Source of the DNA: an uncultured Pseudomonadales bacterium
GTDB lineage: Bacteria; Patescibacteriota; Microgenomatia; UBA1400; PJMF01
NCBI GenBank assembly: GCA_964570365.1
Contig: CAZMXT010000001.1
Span: 9,440 to 73,439 of the forward strand
Length of the DNA: 64,000 bases
Direction: 5' to 3'
Positions 47,616 through 57,113 of the stretch are shown piece by piece; positions within the stretch are counted from its first letter, which is position 1, and each line of letters opens with the position of its first letter. Made by a program: the position numbers and the translations under genes. The notes under the pieces are model-generated. The model searched no databases. It saw nothing but the letters and a program-made list of their open reading frames with translations, and was not told the origin of the DNA.

Positions 47616-48396
47616 AGAACACTTTCTGAGCCTTATTGTTCCCGCATACAAGCAAGAGAAAATCATTCTGGAAAATCTCAAGCAGCTAAAAGGGGCTTTA
47701 GACCAGATCCGCTATGACTATGAAATTATTGTCGTTGTAGATGGCATGATTGATAAGACGTTTAACAAGATAAAAAAAGCCAAAATTCCTAAAGTCACCT
47801 GCATTGCTTATAAACAAAACTACGGGAAGTCATTTGCTATCCGGCTAGGTATGAGTCATGCTAAAGGCGACTACGTGATGTTCATTGATTCGGGAATGGA
47901 AATTGACCCAAATGGTATCTCGATGCTTGTAGAGCATATGGAATGGTATAACGCTGATATTATTGTTGGTTCGAAGCGACATCCAGCATCTATCATTAAC
48001 TACTCGTTTACCCGTAAATTGCTCAGTTATGGTTACTACTACTTTGTCCGTCTAATTTTTGGTTTAAATATTCGTGATACTCAGGCTGGAATTAAGATCT
48101 TTAAGAAAAAAGTACTTGAAAAAGTGTTACCCCGTTTGGTAGAAAAAAAGTTTGCTGGAGATCTGGAAATGTTAGTGGTCTCTCAAAGTCTGGGATTCAA
48201 ACGGATCTTTGAAGCTCCCATTAAGCTTGATTACCAATTAAGTGACATCACCTCGGCCGCTACCTGGCGGTCCATTATCGGCATTGTCATAGACACTTTA
48301 GCTATTTTTTATCGTAACAACATACTTAACTACTATCACCGCAGTAACCTACCCTTACCTCCACATCAAATCTTTCAAATTGTAAAACACAGATGA
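47593..48396 (+). CDS. GT2-family glycosyltransferase (polyprenol-phosphate hexosyltransferase-like)
   Basis: 'LSLIVPAYKQEKII...YEIIVVVDGMID' GT-A N-terminus. Confidence 0.8.
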   Translation: MSPQPLNKEHFLSLIVPAYKQEKIILENLKQLKGALDQIRYDYEIIVVVDGMIDKTFNKIKKAKIPKVTCIAYKQNYGKSFAIRLGMSHAKGDYVMFIDSGMEIDPNGISMLVEHMEWYNADIIVGSKRHPASIINYSFTRKLLSYGYYYFVRLIFGLNIRDTQAGIKIFKKKVLEKVLPRLVEKKFAGDLEMLVVSQSLGFKRIFEAPIKLDYQLSDITSAATWRSIIGIVIDTLAIFYRNNILNYYHRSNLPLPPHQIFQIVKHR

Positions 48397-49523
48397 ATAT
48401 TCTGATACTAAACTGGAAAGATATTCGGAATCCCGAAGCCGGGGGAGCTGAGGTAGTCACATCACAATTTGCTCGCAACTTAGTCCAGGAGGGTCATCAG
48501 GTAACTCTCTTTTGCAGAACGTTTCCCCATTGTTTACCTAGCGAAGAGCTTGATGGGGTGCAGATTATTCGCCAGGGCGGAAAGTTGAGTACATACTGGA
48601 AAGCTTTCCTTTACTACAGAAGCTTAGCTATCAAGCCAGATATTGTAGTTGATATGGTGAATACCATATGCTGGCAAACTCCTTTATACGTTCCTCTAGA
48701 AAAGAGAGTTGCATATGTAAATCAGCTAGCAAGAGAAGTGCTTTTTTATGAGCTACCATTTCCTGTCTCGGTCATTTTCTATTTTTCAGAACGTCTTCAG
48801 TACTTACCTTACACCAACACGCCCATTTTATGTTTTTCTAAAAGTACTCAACAAGACTTAACGCTCTTTGGCATTCCTAAAAAAAATACTCATCTCTTTT
48901 CTCTTGGCTTAGATCATTCCTCATATTTCCAAGGCACACAAAAAACAAAACACCCGCTCTTTTTATTTGTGGCAAGATTAGTCAGAATGAAGAATACCGA
49001 TCTCTGCATTCGGGCGATGAAATCTGTGATCAAAAAACATCCAACCGCAAAGCTGGTAATTCTCGGAAATGGACCCGATAGGAAACGACTTCAACAAATT
49101 GTTGGTGCTGCTAACTTGGGTAATCATGTTGTTTTTATAGATAAAGATATTCCTTTTTTCGGCCCTCAAGTAAAAAATGCTAAAGTATCTTTGATGCAGC
49201 AAGCTTGGGCGTTACTTTTGCCATCAGTGAAAGAGGGTTGGGGAATGGTGGTCACTGAGGCTGCGGCTTGTGGCACCCCAGCCATTGTTAGTGATGTAAC
49301 GGGTCTACGTGACTCGGTAGTACATAATAAAACTGGCATCATGCTCTCAAAGTCTCCTAATCCAGAGGAAATGGAAGTTGCGATGCTTAAAATTATTGAA
49401 GATACTCAACTACGTCAAAGACTTTCTCAAGGTGCGCTACAATGGAGTAAGAACTTTAGCTGGGAAAAGAGTTACATCGAGTTTAAAAAGGCACTCGGTC
49501 AAGCTTTAAATAAGAAACTGTGA
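48393..49523 (+). CDS. GT4-family glycosyltransferase
   Basis: 'MNILILNWKDIRNPEAGGAE' and C-terminal 'KEGWGMVVTEAAACGTPAIVS'. Confidence 0.8.
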   Translation: MNILILNWKDIRNPEAGGAEVVTSQFARNLVQEGHQVTLFCRTFPHCLPSEELDGVQIIRQGGKLSTYWKAFLYYRSLAIKPDIVVDMVNTICWQTPLYVPLEKRVAYVNQLAREVLFYELPFPVSVIFYFSERLQYLPYTNTPILCFSKSTQQDLTLFGIPKKNTHLFSLGLDHSSYFQGTQKTKHPLFLFVARLVRMKNTDLCIRAMKSVIKKHPTAKLVILGNGPDRKRLQQIVGAANLGNHVVFIDKDIPFFGPQVKNAKVSLMQQAWALLLPSVKEGWGMVVTEAAACGTPAIVSDVTGLRDSVVHNKTGIMLSKSPNPEEMEVAMLKIIEDTQLRQRLSQGALQWSKNFSWEKSYIEFKKALGQALNKKL

Positions 49524-50344
49524 AAAAAACTTCCGTTCCACTGATATCAGTAACCATAGCTACTCATAACTCGCTCCGAACGATTGAGAAATGTCTCAGG
49601 TCAATCCAAGGACAGACCTACCCAAACCTTGAAGTGATTGTGGTGGATAGCCTCCAGTACGACTCAGTTCAACAATCCAAGTGCAAGAAAGTTATCTCTA
49701 AGTATGGTCGCTACATTCAGGATGGCCCTGAACGCAGCATTCAACGAAATCGAGGCATCAAAGCAGCGAAAGGTGAGTATGTTTTGGTTATCGACCAAGA
49801 TATGTACTTAACGCCAGAAGTTATCGCTGAGTGCTATCAAACCCTCACCCAAAACAAATATATTGCTTTGAATATCCCTGAGATTTCTATTGGAGAAGGG
49901 TTTTGGACCACTGTCGTTTCACTAGAAAGATATGTCAGTATTTATCTGGAGGATGGTGCCAATGAGTGCTGTCGCTTTTTCCGAAAGAAAGATGCGCTAG
50001 AACTTGGTGGGTATGATCCCAGCATCGTGGGTGCTGAGGACTCTGATTTTCATTACCGAATGCTTGCCAAAGGAAAAATTGGGAAGATAACCCATCACAT
50101 TTTGCATGATGAAGGCAAAACGAAATTTTGGAACCGCATCAAGAAAAAGTACTACTATAGCCAAGCATTTCGTGAGTATGTGAAGCGAAGACCAAACGTA
50201 GCAATAACTCAATTTTTTCCAATAAAGCCCGCATATTTTAAACACTGGAAAGTGTTAGCCAAACAGCCGATTGTGACACTAGGCATCGTAGCACTGCGTA
50301 CTGGAGAAGTACTGGCTGGAGGGATGGGAATTCTAATCAAATGA
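49520..50344 (+). CDS. GT2-family glycosyltransferase
   Basis: 'LISVTIATHNS...LEVIVVDSL' and 'VIDQDMYL' DxD region. Confidence 0.8.
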   Translation: MKKTSVPLISVTIATHNSLRTIEKCLRSIQGQTYPNLEVIVVDSLQYDSVQQSKCKKVISKYGRYIQDGPERSIQRNRGIKAAKGEYVLVIDQDMYLTPEVIAECYQTLTQNKYIALNIPEISIGEGFWTTVVSLERYVSIYLEDGANECCRFFRKKDALELGGYDPSIVGAEDSDFHYRMLAKGKIGKITHHILHDEGKTKFWNRIKKKYYYSQAFREYVKRRPNVAITQFFPIKPAYFKHWKVLAKQPIVTLGIVALRTGEVLAGGMGILIK

Positions 50345-51276
50345 CAAACCTAAAAAATAAAAAAGTATTAATTACTGGAATTACCGGATTTATCGGTGCT
50401 CATCTAGAAAAAAAACTCGCTAAGCTGGGGGCCGAAGTATTTGGTGTTTCTACTACTAAGGCGGGAAAGAATATCTTAACTGCAAATATCGCAGATTTTT
50501 CTCCCTTAAGCGAGTTTATTGCGAAACATAAGATCGATATCTGCTTTCACTTAGCAGGCGAATCTTTAGTTGAGTCAGGCCAAAAAGACCCATACCATAC
50601 CTTTAAAACGAATGTACTCGGCACCTTAAATGTTCTCGAATCAGCTAGGTTGCATTGTTTAGAAAAGATTGTTATTGCTTCGACCTCTCATGTGTATGGC
50701 AATAGCGTAGTTCCCTATTTGGAAGAATATCCGCCACGTCCCTCCCGACCGTATGAAACTTCCAAGACTGCTACTGACTTAATCACTCAGTCATATGCAA
50801 CTACTTTTAGCCTACCAGTTTTTATCCCTCGATTTACTAACATTTATGGACCAGGTGATCTGAATTTTAGCCGATTAATTCCTAAGATCATGAAAAATAT
50901 TGCTCTCAATGAAGCTGTATCGATGTGGGGTGGGGCAGCCAAACGAAGCTTTCTCTACATCGACGATGCGATTGAAGCCTACATTAAGTTAGCATTAGCT
51001 GACCCACAAAAGGTGGGCCACAACCGAATTTTTAACTTTGGACACGCCGAACTGGTTTCGATTAAGGAGCTGATTCAAAAAGCAATTCAGCTTTCAGGTA
51101 AAAAGATTCCTATTGAGGAATCAAATCAAGAACGACCCCTAGAAATTCCCGAACAATATGTCTCTTTCCAAAAAGCTCAAAATACTCTAGATTGGAGTCC
51201 GGAAGTGAGTTTAGAGCTAGGCTTACAAAAAACATATTCATGGTATTCTCAGTACTTGAGTCACAAGAAGGAGTAA
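50341..51276 (+). CDS. NAD-dependent nucleotide-sugar epimerase/dehydratase/reductase (extended SDR)
   Basis: 'KVLITGITGFIGAHLEKKL' Rossmann motif and 'YETSKTATD' YxxxK catalytic region. Confidence 0.8.
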   Translation: MTNLKNKKVLITGITGFIGAHLEKKLAKLGAEVFGVSTTKAGKNILTANIADFSPLSEFIAKHKIDICFHLAGESLVESGQKDPYHTFKTNVLGTLNVLESARLHCLEKIVIASTSHVYGNSVVPYLEEYPPRPSRPYETSKTATDLITQSYATTFSLPVFIPRFTNIYGPGDLNFSRLIPKIMKNIALNEAVSMWGGAAKRSFLYIDDAIEAYIKLALADPQKVGHNRIFNFGHAELVSIKELIQKAIQLSGKKIPIEESNQERPLEIPEQYVSFQKAQNTLDWSPEVSLELGLQKTYSWYSQYLSHKKE

Positions 51277-51284
51277 CTTTCAGC

Positions 51285-52376
51285 ATGAAATCATTAGCAA
51301 AATACTTTAAAAACAAAAAGGTCTTGATTTTTGGTGGCACTGGCTCCTGGGGAAGTGAGTTAGTCCGTCAGATGGTAAATGACTTTGAGTTGAGCGAGCT
51401 CAGGATTGTTAGTCGTGGCGAGCATAAACAGGTAGAAATGAGACACAGGTATCAAGGTGTCAAAAACTTGCGCTTTATTATTGGAGATGTTCGAGATCCA
51501 GAAGCAGTTGACTCAGCCATGAAGGGCGTTGATATTGTTTTTAACTTAGCTGCCCTGAAGCACGTGCCTGTTTGCGAAGAAAATTCTTGGGAATCAATCC
51601 TGACTAATATTCATGGCCCCCAAAACATAGTCACTGCAGCATTCAAGCACGAACCAGAAGCGGTGATCCAAGTCTCTACTGATAAAGCAGTTGATCCTTT
51701 AAATACTTATGGTTTTACCAAGGGCGTAGCTGAGCGAATCATGGTTGGTGCGAACTTTTCACCTGCCAAAGGAGCCAGAACCAAGTTTGTCTGTGTCAGG
51801 GGCGGAAATGTCTTAGGCACAAACGGCAGTGTTGTTCCCCTTTTTAAGCAGCTCATCCAGAACTTTAATAGAGTGCCAGTAACTCACAAGGACATGTCTC
51901 GTTTTTTAATGAGGGTTGAGGAAGCAATTTGTTTAGTGTTGGAAGCCACCTTAGAGTCGCAAGGTGGAGAAGTTTTTGTAATGCGCATGCCTGGAGCAAA
52001 GATCACGGACTTAGCTGCTGTTATGGTCAAAGAGCTCGGAAATGCAAAAACCAAGATTGAGTTTACGGGCATTCGCCCTGGGGAGAAAATGTATGAAGTT
52101 TTAGTTTCTCGAAATGAAGCACCGCGTACGTATCAAAAGGGCCAATACTACGTCATCCTGCCAGAAGTGGTGCACGCAGCATTTAAACGAGATAAGTTCT
52201 TAAAGTTACCATCTCTGGGCATGGAGGAATATAACTCTCAGAATACTCATCAACTTGATCAAAAAAGCTTAATCAAACTTCTGAAAACTGATGGTTGGTT
52301 AAAGCCTGATACTACTACCCCTTTTAGTACTATCTTTTCTCCTTACAAGGAAAAGGCAAACAAAGGATTAGTATGA
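51285..52376 (+). CDS. UDP-GlcNAc 4,6-dehydratase family protein (CapD/PseB/FnlA-type). ATG at 51285 is preceded by AAGGAG; the track ORF starts at 51192
   Basis: 'KKVLIFGGTGSWGSELVRQM' and 'VSTDKAVDPLNTYGFTKG' are signatures of Polysacc_synt_2 dehydratases. Confidence 0.75.
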   Translation: MKSLAKYFKNKKVLIFGGTGSWGSELVRQMVNDFELSELRIVSRGEHKQVEMRHRYQGVKNLRFIIGDVRDPEAVDSAMKGVDIVFNLAALKHVPVCEENSWESILTNIHGPQNIVTAAFKHEPEAVIQVSTDKAVDPLNTYGFTKGVAERIMVGANFSPAKGARTKFVCVRGGNVLGTNGSVVPLFKQLIQNFNRVPVTHKDMSRFLMRVEEAICLVLEATLESQGGEVFVMRMPGAKITDLAAVMVKELGNAKTKIEFTGIRPGEKMYEVLVSRNEAPRTYQKGQYYVILPEVVHAAFKRDKFLKLPSLGMEEYNSQNTHQLDQKSLIKLLKTDGWLKPDTTTPFSTIFSPYKEKANKGLV

Positions 52377-53488
52377 GTAAGTCTAAAAAATTAATTGAAA
52401 TTTCTAAACCAATCATAGAAAAAGAAGAGATTAATGCGGTGGTGAAGGTTTTGAAAAATCGACAACTTTCCCAGGGTCCCATCGTTAAAAACTTAGAAGA
52501 GATTTTTGCACGGTACTGCGGCACGAAGTATGCAGTCGCAGTCTGCAATGGTACTGCAACCCTGCACTGCGCGCTGCACGCGCTGAAAGTTACTGATCAA
52601 GATCAAGTAATTACCACTCCCTTCACTTTCGTTGCTACTGCCAATGCAATTTTGATGGAAAGAGCCAAAGTCGTCTTCAGTGACATTGAAGAGGAAACTT
52701 TTAATTTAGATCCTAAAAAGCTAGAAAGTAAAATCACCAAAAGAACCAAAGTTATCATGCCAGTAGATTTGTTTGGTCACATTTACGACGTTCAACAAAT
52801 TAACTCAATCGCTAAAAGACATCATCTCAGTATTGTAGAAGACGCTGCTCAGTCGGTCGCAGCGGAGTATAAAAATAAGAAAGCCGGGAACTTAGCAGAG
52901 GTAGCCAGCTTTTCACTATATGCAACCAAGAATATTACTTCCGGTGTGGGCGGCATGCTCACCACAAATAGTAAAGAAATTATGGAAAAGTGTAAACTTT
53001 TCCGTCACCACGGTCAGGACGAAAGCAAAGTCTATGAGTATATTGAGTTTGGCTACAACTACCGAATGATGGATATGATTGCTGTCATTGCCATTGAACA
53101 GATGAAAAAAATAGAGGACTTCACCAGCAAGCGCCGAGCAAATGCTGCTCTCTTTAACGAGGGCTTAAAAGATATTCAGGGCTTAATCACGCCGATTGAA
53201 AAACCAGGCTACAAGCACGTTTACCACCAGTATACGTTGCGAATTACCCCCGAATTTAAGCTCTCCAGAGATAAATTCATTGAGAAGCTCGCTGACAGAG
53301 GCATTATGGCTAAGATTTTTTATCCCAAGCCACTGCACTTATACCCACACTTTTTGGAGATGGGTTATAAAAAAGGTGACTTTCCAGTCGCTGAACGCTT
53401 AGCTAACGAAGTTGTTTCGATTCCAGTGCATCCTTTAGTTACTCCTAAACAGGCTGAGTTTATTATTCAAAGCATCAAAAAGATCTAG
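52373..53488 (+). CDS. PLP-dependent nucleotide-sugar aminotransferase (DegT/DnrJ/EryC1/StrS family)
   Basis: 'CGTKYAVAVCNGTATLHCAL' and the Lys-containing region 'SFSLYATKNITSGVGGML'. Confidence 0.9.
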   Translation: MSKSKKLIEISKPIIEKEEINAVVKVLKNRQLSQGPIVKNLEEIFARYCGTKYAVAVCNGTATLHCALHALKVTDQDQVITTPFTFVATANAILMERAKVVFSDIEEETFNLDPKKLESKITKRTKVIMPVDLFGHIYDVQQINSIAKRHHLSIVEDAAQSVAAEYKNKKAGNLAEVASFSLYATKNITSGVGGMLTTNSKEIMEKCKLFRHHGQDESKVYEYIEFGYNYRMMDMIAVIAIEQMKKIEDFTSKRRANAALFNEGLKDIQGLITPIEKPGYKHVYHQYTLRITPEFKLSRDKFIEKLADRGIMAKIFYPKPLHLYPHFLEMGYKKGDFPVAERLANEVVSIPVHPLVTPKQAEFIIQSIKKI

Positions 53489-53492
53489 TTCT

Positions 53493-53882
53493 ATGACGCT
53501 AACCAGGTTACCACTGCAAAAGCACCAGGACTCACGAGGCCTATTAATTCAGAATGATTATCCTGAAATTTTTGAGGAAATGAAACACTTCTTGGTCTCA
53601 TTTTCCGAACCCGGAGTAATCAGAGGGAATCACTATCACTTGCGAAAAAAGGAATGGTTTTTAGTCATTCAAGGAACAGCAGAACTACATCTGACAAACA
53701 CTAAGACTCACGAGCAAAGTACCTATGTGATTCAAGGCAGTCAGCCCGAGTTATTTCTGATGGAACCCTCTATTGCTCATGCCTTTAAAAACATTGGCTC
53801 AGATCAGTTGGTTTTTTTAGGTCTAGTAAATGAAGCTTTTGACGAGTCAGATCCCGATACAATTTCCTACCAGGTAATCTGA
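53493..53882 (+). CDS. WxcM/FdtA-like cupin (nucleotide-sugar 3,4-ketoisomerase family)
   Basis: 'QKHQDSRGLL' and 'GVIRGNHYH' match the FdtA/WxcM C-terminal-domain cupin motifs. 129 aa. Confidence 0.6.
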   Translation: MTLTRLPLQKHQDSRGLLIQNDYPEIFEEMKHFLVSFSEPGVIRGNHYHLRKKEWFLVIQGTAELHLTNTKTHEQSTYVIQGSQPELFLMEPSIAHAFKNIGSDQLVFLGLVNEAFDESDPDTISYQVI

Positions 53883-53896
53883 AAGTAAACACCTAC

Positions 53897-54277
53897 ATGC
53901 TTAACCGTGCTCTCAATACTCAGCTGACTGTCGGGGTCGATATTTGCGAAGTCGCTCGCTTCACTGAGTTTGAAGTGAACAGCGCTTTTACACAGAAAGT
54001 TTTCACCACTGCCGAATTAAATCAATGTCAAGCAAAGCCTAATTTAGCAGAAAGCTTAGCGGTCAGATTTGCGGGTAAAGAAGCAATCCAAAAATCTTTG
54101 GCGGAAAACATTCCCTACAATCAAATTGAGATCCTGACAGACGCACACGGTAAACCTAAAGCCAGCTTACTTGATCCCACTCTCAAAACCAAATATGATA
54201 TAGAAGTCAGTTTAAGTCACACCAAGACACTTGCCCAAGCTTTTTGCCTGACTCAATCCTTAGTAACTCAATCATAA
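53897..54277 (+). CDS. acpS: 4'-phosphopantetheinyl transferase, AcpS-type (holo-carrier-protein synthase)
   Basis: 'VGVDICEVARF', 'RFAGKEAIQKSL' and 'EVSLSHTKTLAQAF' parallel the AcpS motifs. 126 aa. Confidence 0.7.
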   Translation: MLNRALNTQLTVGVDICEVARFTEFEVNSAFTQKVFTTAELNQCQAKPNLAESLAVRFAGKEAIQKSLAENIPYNQIEILTDAHGKPKASLLDPTLKTKYDIEVSLSHTKTLAQAFCLTQSLVTQS

Positions 54278-54285
54278 AGGACCTT

Positions 54286-54546
54286 ATGACCCAACAAAAC
54301 CTAGATGCTAATCAAACTAAATTGGTGGAACTCTTTAGCAATGTTTTCCCAAGCCTAACCAAAGATAGTTTTAATCTAGATCAAGATCGAACTACGTTTG
54401 AGAACTGGGACTCTCTGAGTCATATGCAGCTAGTCTCAGAAATTGAACAAAGCTTTAATGTGTCATTTGAGATGGAGGAGATTGTCGACATTAGCAAGCC
54501 TGCTGACTTCCTTGCCTTAATTACTAAGAAGAAAGCTCAAGCATGA
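54286..54546 (+). CDS. Acyl/aminoacyl carrier protein (phosphopantetheine-binding). ATG at 54286 is preceded by AAAGGA
   Basis: 'FENWDSLSHMQLVSEIEQSF' matches the carrier-protein DSL serine attachment motif. 86 aa, acidic. Confidence 0.75.
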   Translation: MTQQNLDANQTKLVELFSNVFPSLTKDSFNLDQDRTTFENWDSLSHMQLVSEIEQSFNVSFEMEEIVDISKPADFLALITKKKAQA

Positions 54547-56051
54547 TGGTGGATTTCTCCAAGATGAATACCATACCCGACTTCTTAGAGAAAAATGCTC
54601 AGCAATTTCCCGACAAACCAGCGCTTGTTTTTGATAAAAAGTCATTTAGTTATCAAGAATTAAACTCTCAAAGTGAGTTAGTTGCCAATTTTTTGCTTTC
54701 CAAAACCAAGCCGCAAGACGTGGTTGCAATTCTTCTTCCAAATAGTGCAGATTTTGTAATCAGTTACTTTGGCGTTTTAAAAGCTGGGTGTATTGCACTA
54801 CTTATTCCTCCTAATATTTCTGATGACAAGCTCAAGTTCCAGGTAGCAAAAACCCAGCCAAACCTTATCCTAACTGAATCCAAGTACAGCGCTAAAATTG
54901 AACGTGCCAATTTAGGTCCCAAACTTGAAGTGATCGACACCCAGACGCTCTTAGGCATTCAGCTCTCAACCGACCAACAACCTAGAACAATTGCCCCCAC
55001 AGACACCTCGACTATTATCTTTACTTCTGGGACTACTTCTGAACCGAAGGGCGTTCAGCTTCAACACACAAATGTGGTAAATGCCACCAAAAACATTGTA
55101 GAGTTCCTCAACCTAACTCCCCAAGAAATAGATGTAAATATTTCTGCTCTTTCTCATTCTTTTGGTCTTGGCCACTTGCACTGCTTCTTGGCTGTTGGCG
55201 GAACTACAGTATTGTTCCGGGATGCAATCAACTTAAAAGAAATTCTCAATGCCATCTCTGCAAATCATGCTACTACTTTGGGTGCAGTGCCGGCTATTCT
55301 TCGCTTACTGCTCAACAATTTTCGAACAGAATTTCAGGAACATGGTAAAAGTTTACGCATTGTCCAAACCAATACCTCTCCTTTAGAAAAAGAGCTCATT
55401 GAGGGAATTCTCAATACTTTACCAAGTACAAACTTTTCTTATTACTATGGCTTAACCGAAGCATCACGCTCCACCTTCATTACCTTTAACCAACATGCTG
55501 ACAAACTCTCGAGCATCGGCCAAGCTTCCCCAAATGTTCAAGTGGAAGTACGAGACGCACGTGATCAGGTCTGCTCTCCTGGCGAGCTGGGCGAAATTTG
55601 TATCAAAGGTAAAATGGTGATTCAGGAGTACTGGCAAAATCCCAGTGCTTCAGAAAAAGTAAAAGCTGGCTGGTTTCACTCAGGAGACGTCGGCTATATG
55701 GATCCTGAAGGGTTCCTGTACTACAAAGGTAGGTATAATGATCTCATTAATGTTTCTGGAGAAAAAGTTTCACCTGAAGAAGTAGAGGATTTAATTAAGA
55801 AAGTTCCGGGTGTAACTGATGCTGCTGTAATTGGAATTCCAGATAAAATACTTGGGGAAGTTATCAAAGCTTTTATCTCGGTTTCTGATAAGGAGTTTGA
55901 CGTTCATCTAGTCACACAACTCTGTCGGCAAAAACTAGAAAGCTATAAGGTTCCCCGAGAAGTTGAGATTATTAAAGAAATTCCGCGAACCGATAATGGC
56001 AAGCTCCAGCGCAATAAACTCAAAAAAAGCTACACAGAATTAATTTACTAG
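54543..56051 (+). CDS. AMP-dependent synthetase/ligase (ANL adenylating enzyme, acyl-carrier-protein ligase-like)
   Basis: 'IIFTSGTTSEPKGV' AMP-binding motif, 'YGLTEA' and 'GWFHSGDVGYMDPEGFLYYKGR' core motifs. Confidence 0.9.
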   Translation: MMVDFSKMNTIPDFLEKNAQQFPDKPALVFDKKSFSYQELNSQSELVANFLLSKTKPQDVVAILLPNSADFVISYFGVLKAGCIALLIPPNISDDKLKFQVAKTQPNLILTESKYSAKIERANLGPKLEVIDTQTLLGIQLSTDQQPRTIAPTDTSTIIFTSGTTSEPKGVQLQHTNVVNATKNIVEFLNLTPQEIDVNISALSHSFGLGHLHCFLAVGGTTVLFRDAINLKEILNAISANHATTLGAVPAILRLLLNNFRTEFQEHGKSLRIVQTNTSPLEKELIEGILNTLPSTNFSYYYGLTEASRSTFITFNQHADKLSSIGQASPNVQVEVRDARDQVCSPGELGEICIKGKMVIQEYWQNPSASEKVKAGWFHSGDVGYMDPEGFLYYKGRYNDLINVSGEKVSPEEVEDLIKKVPGVTDAAVIGIPDKILGEVIKAFISVSDKEFDVHLVTQLCRQKLESYKVPREVEIIKEIPRTDNGKLQRNKLKKSYTELIY

Positions 56052-56056
56052 GATCT

Positions 56057-57109
56057 ATGGACATTCTCAACTTTCTACCTAAAGCTTACTTTCCAAATCG
56101 AGTTTTCTTTGGCGAAAAATCTACTCTATTCCTGAGAACCATTCAAACAGAAAAAAGATTATTTGTAATATCTCAATCCTTTAACTTTGCTAGCCCTCAG
56201 CTTGTTGTTGAGCTGGGTGCTACCCCCGAAAATACATGGACCCACAGTGGGGAACCGAGCCGAGAAGATGTTCAGGCATTAGAAATGAAAGTTGCAGAGC
56301 AATCGCCTACTTGGATCATTGCAGTAGGTGGTGGCTCAATTCTTGACTTGGTCAAAGTTGTCAAGAAAAGGCACCCGATTCAGATGCTAGCCATACCGAC
56401 TACGTTAGGCTCTGGCACTGAGGTTAGTCAGCACGTAGTCTATGTCGAAGAAAATCGTAAAAAAGTAGAAAGTGACTACAAGTTCCTGCCTGAGGTCGTC
56501 TTACTTACCCCCAAGTACCTCAACTCATTAAGTAGTGAACAGATCGTTTATCAGTCAATTGATGCCTTAGCACATGGCTTAGAAAGCCTAGTCTCTAAGA
56601 TGGCCAACCCTTTCTCTGATTTATTTGCCACCTCTAGTATTAAGCTGATTCATGAACAATTGATGAGCATACCTACAACTGAGCTGCCCTCATTAGCCCA
56701 ACTCCATCAACTCCAACTAGGTGGTTTTATGGCGGGATTAGCGCAAAGCAGTGCAGCCACCGGCCTTACCCACTCCTTTGCCCACCACTTTGGTCCCAAG
56801 TTGAAACTGCCTCATGCTCAAGCTGTCGCCAGCTTTCTGATTGATGTTGTAAAACTTAATACTGCCCACACCGATAAATATCAAAAATTAAAAGCAGCTC
56901 AAAGCTTCGGAAATCAAGATCCTGTCACTGCATTAGAAAAGTTGTTTGAAAAACTGAAGATTCAAGTTACTTCTTTTACTTTAGCTGATGATATTGATGA
57001 ATCAGCTCTGGCTATTCAAAAAGATGTCTGCAGCTTAACTAACCCCTACCCTCCGTCTCTAGAAGAGATCACAGCAATCATCCAACAGCACAGAACGGTG
57101 CTAGGATAA
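56057..57109 (+). CDS. Iron-containing (group III) alcohol dehydrogenase family protein
   Basis: 'IIAVGGGSILDLVK' GGGSxxD motif and metal-binding His cluster region 'LTHSFAHHFG'. Confidence 0.8.
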   Translation: MDILNFLPKAYFPNRVFFGEKSTLFLRTIQTEKRLFVISQSFNFASPQLVVELGATPENTWTHSGEPSREDVQALEMKVAEQSPTWIIAVGGGSILDLVKVVKKRHPIQMLAIPTTLGSGTEVSQHVVYVEENRKKVESDYKFLPEVVLLTPKYLNSLSSEQIVYQSIDALAHGLESLVSKMANPFSDLFATSSIKLIHEQLMSIPTTELPSLAQLHQLQLGGFMAGLAQSSAATGLTHSFAHHFGPKLKLPHAQAVASFLIDVVKLNTAHTDKYQKLKAAQSFGNQDPVTALEKLFEKLKIQVTSFTLADDIDESALAIQKDVCSLTNPYPPSLEEITAIIQQHRTVLG

Positions 57110-57113
57110 GGAT

